Part shown: positions 23,048 through 25,569 of the stretch, piece after piece | Numbering within the stretch: the stretch's first letter is position 1 | How the letters are laid out: each line of letters opens with the position of its first letter | IMG/VR virus record: IMGVR_UViG_3300025838_000121 | Location: 1 to 25,569 of that record | Source of the DNA: a virus | Taxonomy: Duplodnaviria; Caudoviricetes | Strand: one strand, 5' to 3' | DNA length: 25,569 nt | Notes under the pieces: generated by a model | What the model saw: the letters and a program-made list of their open reading frames with translations, nothing else | The model's database searches: none | What the model was told of the DNA's origin: nothing | Position numbers and translations under genes: made by a program

Positions 23048-25126
23048 ATGGTAGACGATCTTGAATCTAGTGAACTGATAGCTGATGCCCAAGGGTTTTT
23101 ACATCTATGCGTAGAAGCCGACATGATGAATCGTACCGAAGCGCTAGAAGACTTACGCTTTAGTGCTGGCGATCAATGGCCTGTTGAGATTCAGAACTCA
23201 CGCACATTAGAGTCTAGACCATGCCTAACTATCAACAAGATAGACGCATATTGTCGACAGGTTACTAACAACATTAGACAGCAACGCCCCAGAATCAAGG
23301 TTCATGGGGTTAATAGCGAGTCTGATGAGAAGATGGCTGAAATTCTGACTGGCATTTGTAGGCACATCGAAGTCAACAGTGACGCTGACCAAGCCTACGA
23401 TAACGCAGCAGACTATACAGTTCGGATGGGTTGGGGGTTTATTAGGGTAAGCACAGACTATGTGCGTGAGGATTCCTTTGATCAGGAAATCTACATTAAG
23501 TCCATTATGAACCCTTTTACTGTTTACTTTGACCCCAACAGCATATTACCTGATGGGTCAGACGCTGAAAAGGTATTGATTACTGAGGTGATCAGCAAGA
23601 AGCAGTTTGCACTAATGTACCCAGACGCTGACGAGGGCGTTCAGTTTAATCAGCGTGGAGCAGGGGACACCAACGCAGAATGGGTAATGAAAGAGGACAT
23701 TCGCATTGCTGAATACTTCTATACTGTTAGAAAGCCCACCAAGCTCTTATTGTTGGTTGATGGTACTAAGGTATACAAAGACGAGTTTAAAGGCGATCCA
23801 GCCCTTGTAATCGACTCTAGGGACACAGTTAAGAAAGAAATACGTTGGGCAAAGCTCACAGGTATGCAAATCCTAGAAGAAGGTGTGTGGCCTGGTCGTT
23901 TTATCCCAATTATTCCTGTTTATGGACACCAACTGATCGTTGAGAACAAACGCAAGAAGTTCGGTCTAGTGCGTATGGCCAAAGACCCGCAGCGTATGTA
24001 CAACTTCTGGCAAACTTCAATGACCGAGTCGGTTGCCCTAGCGCCCAAGCCTAAGTGGTTGCTTGCTGAAGGTCAGGATGAGGGACACGAGAACGAGTGG
24101 GCACAAGCCAACGTCAAATCTGCTCCAGTCCTAAGATACAAGCAAAAGGACATCGAGGGCGTTCCTGCTCCAGTTCCTACACGCATTCAGCCTGAAGCAC
24201 CTCCTGCTGGGATTATGGCTGCTAGTGCTGCTATATCCCAAGACTTACAGGCGGTAATTGGGATTGTTGATCCTAATCAACTTCCAAGTGGCAACATCTC
24301 AGGCAAGGCGCTAAATGGACAACAACAGCAAGTAGACATCACAAATTTCCATTTTTACGACAATTTGACCCGTTCTATTAGACATATTGGAAAAATTATT
24401 CTTGATCTAGTACCCAAAATCTACGATACCGAACGTGTTATGCGGATCATTGGAGACGATGGCCAGCCTGATCTAGTCAAATTAAACACACCAGGCACAG
24501 ACGAATACGGCATTCAGAAAATCTTAAATGATGTGACAGTCGGTGAGTATGATGTGGTGATGGATACAGGCCCTGGCTACAACTCCAAGCGCCAAGAAGC
24601 CGTAACTGCAATGATGCCCTTGTTCGCTGCCGATCCAAACCTCATGGCAACGGCTGGTGATCTATTCATTCGCAATATGGACTTCCCAGGCGCAAGTACG
24701 ATTGCCGACCGACTGGCTGCAGCCAACCCAATGTCTCAGATTGACGAGAAATCTAAGATACCACCACAGGTTCAGATGCAGTTGGCAATGTCTAAACAGC
24801 AAAATCAGCAGTTACAACAACAGCTTCAACAGCTACAAATGGTCATTAAACAACGCCAAGACATTGAAGGCGTTAAACAACAGGCCGAAACTCAGCGTGA
24901 ACTCATGCGCCAGACGGCAAAAGCACACAATACTGAGTCAATGTTGGAAGCCAAGGTTCACGATGTGAATACAAGGGCTATAACTACTCAAAACAAGACC
25001 GAAATTGAGTCAATTATGGAGTTGTTGTTGCACCATATGGACACGGCTAGGCTTGAAAAAGAAATTCAGGCTAGAAACGCTGAACAATATAGTTATACAC
25101 AACAGGCCACACAATCAATTTCTTGA
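23048..25126 (+). CDS. Portal protein, P22-like
   Basis: GDQW, RPCLTINKI, KDPQRMYN, SGKAL, YDTERVMRI, GEYDV..DTGPGY.SKRQE; long C-terminal Q-rich coiled coil. Start probably ATG 23048. Confidence 0.93.
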   Translation: MVDDLESSELIADAQGFLHLCVEADMMNRTEALEDLRFSAGDQWPVEIQNSRTLESRPCLTINKIDAYCRQVTNNIRQQRPRIKVHGVNSESDEKMAEILTGICRHIEVNSDADQAYDNAADYTVRMGWGFIRVSTDYVREDSFDQEIYIKSIMNPFTVYFDPNSILPDGSDAEKVLITEVISKKQFALMYPDADEGVQFNQRGAGDTNAEWVMKEDIRIAEYFYTVRKPTKLLLLVDGTKVYKDEFKGDPALVIDSRDTVKKEIRWAKLTGMQILEEGVWPGRFIPIIPVYGHQLIVENKRKKFGLVRMAKDPQRMYNFWQTSMTESVALAPKPKWLLAEGQDEGHENEWAQANVKSAPVLRYKQKDIEGVPAPVPTRIQPEAPPAGIMAASAAISQDLQAVIGIVDPNQLPSGNISGKALNGQQQQVDITNFHFYDNLTRSIRHIGKIILDLVPKIYDTERVMRIIGDDGQPDLVKLNTPGTDEYGIQKILNDVTVGEYDVVMDTGPGYNSKRQEAVTAMMPLFAADPNLMATAGDLFIRNMDFPGASTIADRLAAANPMSQIDEKSKIPPQVQMQLAMSKQQNQQLQQQLQQLQMVIKQRQDIEGVKQQAETQRELMRQTAKAHNTESMLEAKVHDVNTRAITTQNKTEIESIMELLLHHMDTARLEKEIQARNAEQYSYTQQATQSIS

Positions 25127-25151
25127 CAAATTAACCATTTAGGGCTACATT
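25123..25151 (+). promoter_or_regulatory. Sigma70-type promoter for the scaffold/capsid genes
   Basis: TTGACA (25123-28, overlapping the portal stop) - 17 nt - TACATT (25146-51). Confidence 0.62.
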
Positions 25152-25202
25152 GCCTTACAAACGTACCTATACGTCTTATAGGGTAAATTCTTAGGGAAAC
25201 CT

Positions 25203-25569
25203 ATGTCGGACAAAGAAGCGGGCCAAGTGCTCACAAGTGAGAATTCAGGTGAATTTTACGCACAAAAACTAGGTTTAGCTAAAGAGGAGACTGTAGAAGC
25301 TGCAGAACCTACAGAACCTCAACAGAGTGAACCAGAAGCGCAAGAAGAGCCAAAAGTAACAGAAGAACCGAAGCCCAATAAGCTCGAAAAGAGGTTTTCT
25401 GAGATTACTAAGCAACGTGAAATGGCACGAGCCGAAGCGGAACGTGAGCGTCAAAGAGCTAGTGAACTAGAAAACAGGTTGAAAGAACTCGAAGCGAAGG
25501 TCGCACCCAAACCAAATTTGGATGAAGAACCCAAGCCTGACCAGTTCCAAGATGCGTTTGAGTACGCAA
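25203..25569 (+). CDS. Capsid scaffolding protein, 3'-truncated (not in ORF track)
   Basis: MSDKEAGQVLTSENSGEFYAQKLGL..., E/P-rich linker, LEKRFSEITKQRE coiled coil; follows the portal as in P22; open to the window end. Confidence 0.75.
   Translation, partial: MSDKEAGQVLTSENSGEFYAQKLGLAKEETVEAAEPTEPQQSEPEAQEEPKVTEEPKPNKLEKRFSEITKQREMARAEAERERQRASELENRLKELEAKVAPKPNLDEEPKPDQFQDAFEYA

Noticed and set aside
24790-24845. CAG/CAA-rich run in the portal gene
   Set aside because: Encodes the Q-rich coiled-coil barrel typical of P22-like portals; not a separate repeat element.
1-25569. Stop-codon reassignment, DGR/retron, integrase or IS element
   Set aside because: Core genes are full length in the standard code; no reverse transcriptase, site-specific recombinase or transposase motifs were seen.

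Overview
About 25.6 kb of a tailed dsDNA phage genome with P22-like (podovirus) virion architecture. A Gram-negative, possibly freshwater betaproteobacterial host is inferred only from gene-family resemblance. The window starts inside a tail fibre gene with a C-terminal S74 chaperone. It continues through a greatly enlarged gp10-like tail hub, three ejection-protein-like genes, a second receptor-binding protein and a lysis cassette (membrane proteins, holin, M15 endolysin, terminator). Next come a GNAT + metallophosphoesterase unit, a leftward DNA-metabolism operon (short replication protein, C5 methyltransferase, VRR-NUC, HNH-like nuclease) and a rightward recombination operon (ERF, YqaJ, SSB-like). 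It ends with GroES, small charged proteins, TerS, TerL, a P22-like portal and the start of a scaffold-like gene. No integrase, repressor, tRNA, CRISPR array or IS element was seen. Most unusual signals: (1) a C5 methyltransferase locus read in two frames over essentially its whole length, with motif IX and WPTP repeats in the second frame; (2) a ~400-nt structured non-coding region with a candidate pseudoknot attenuator in front of a replication protein lacking its DNA-binding N-terminus; (3) a complete alpha/beta-hydrolase spliced into the gp10-like tail hub; (4) an A_AAA_AAG -1 frameshift candidate in the lysis cassette. All family calls come from visual motif recognition, not database searches.
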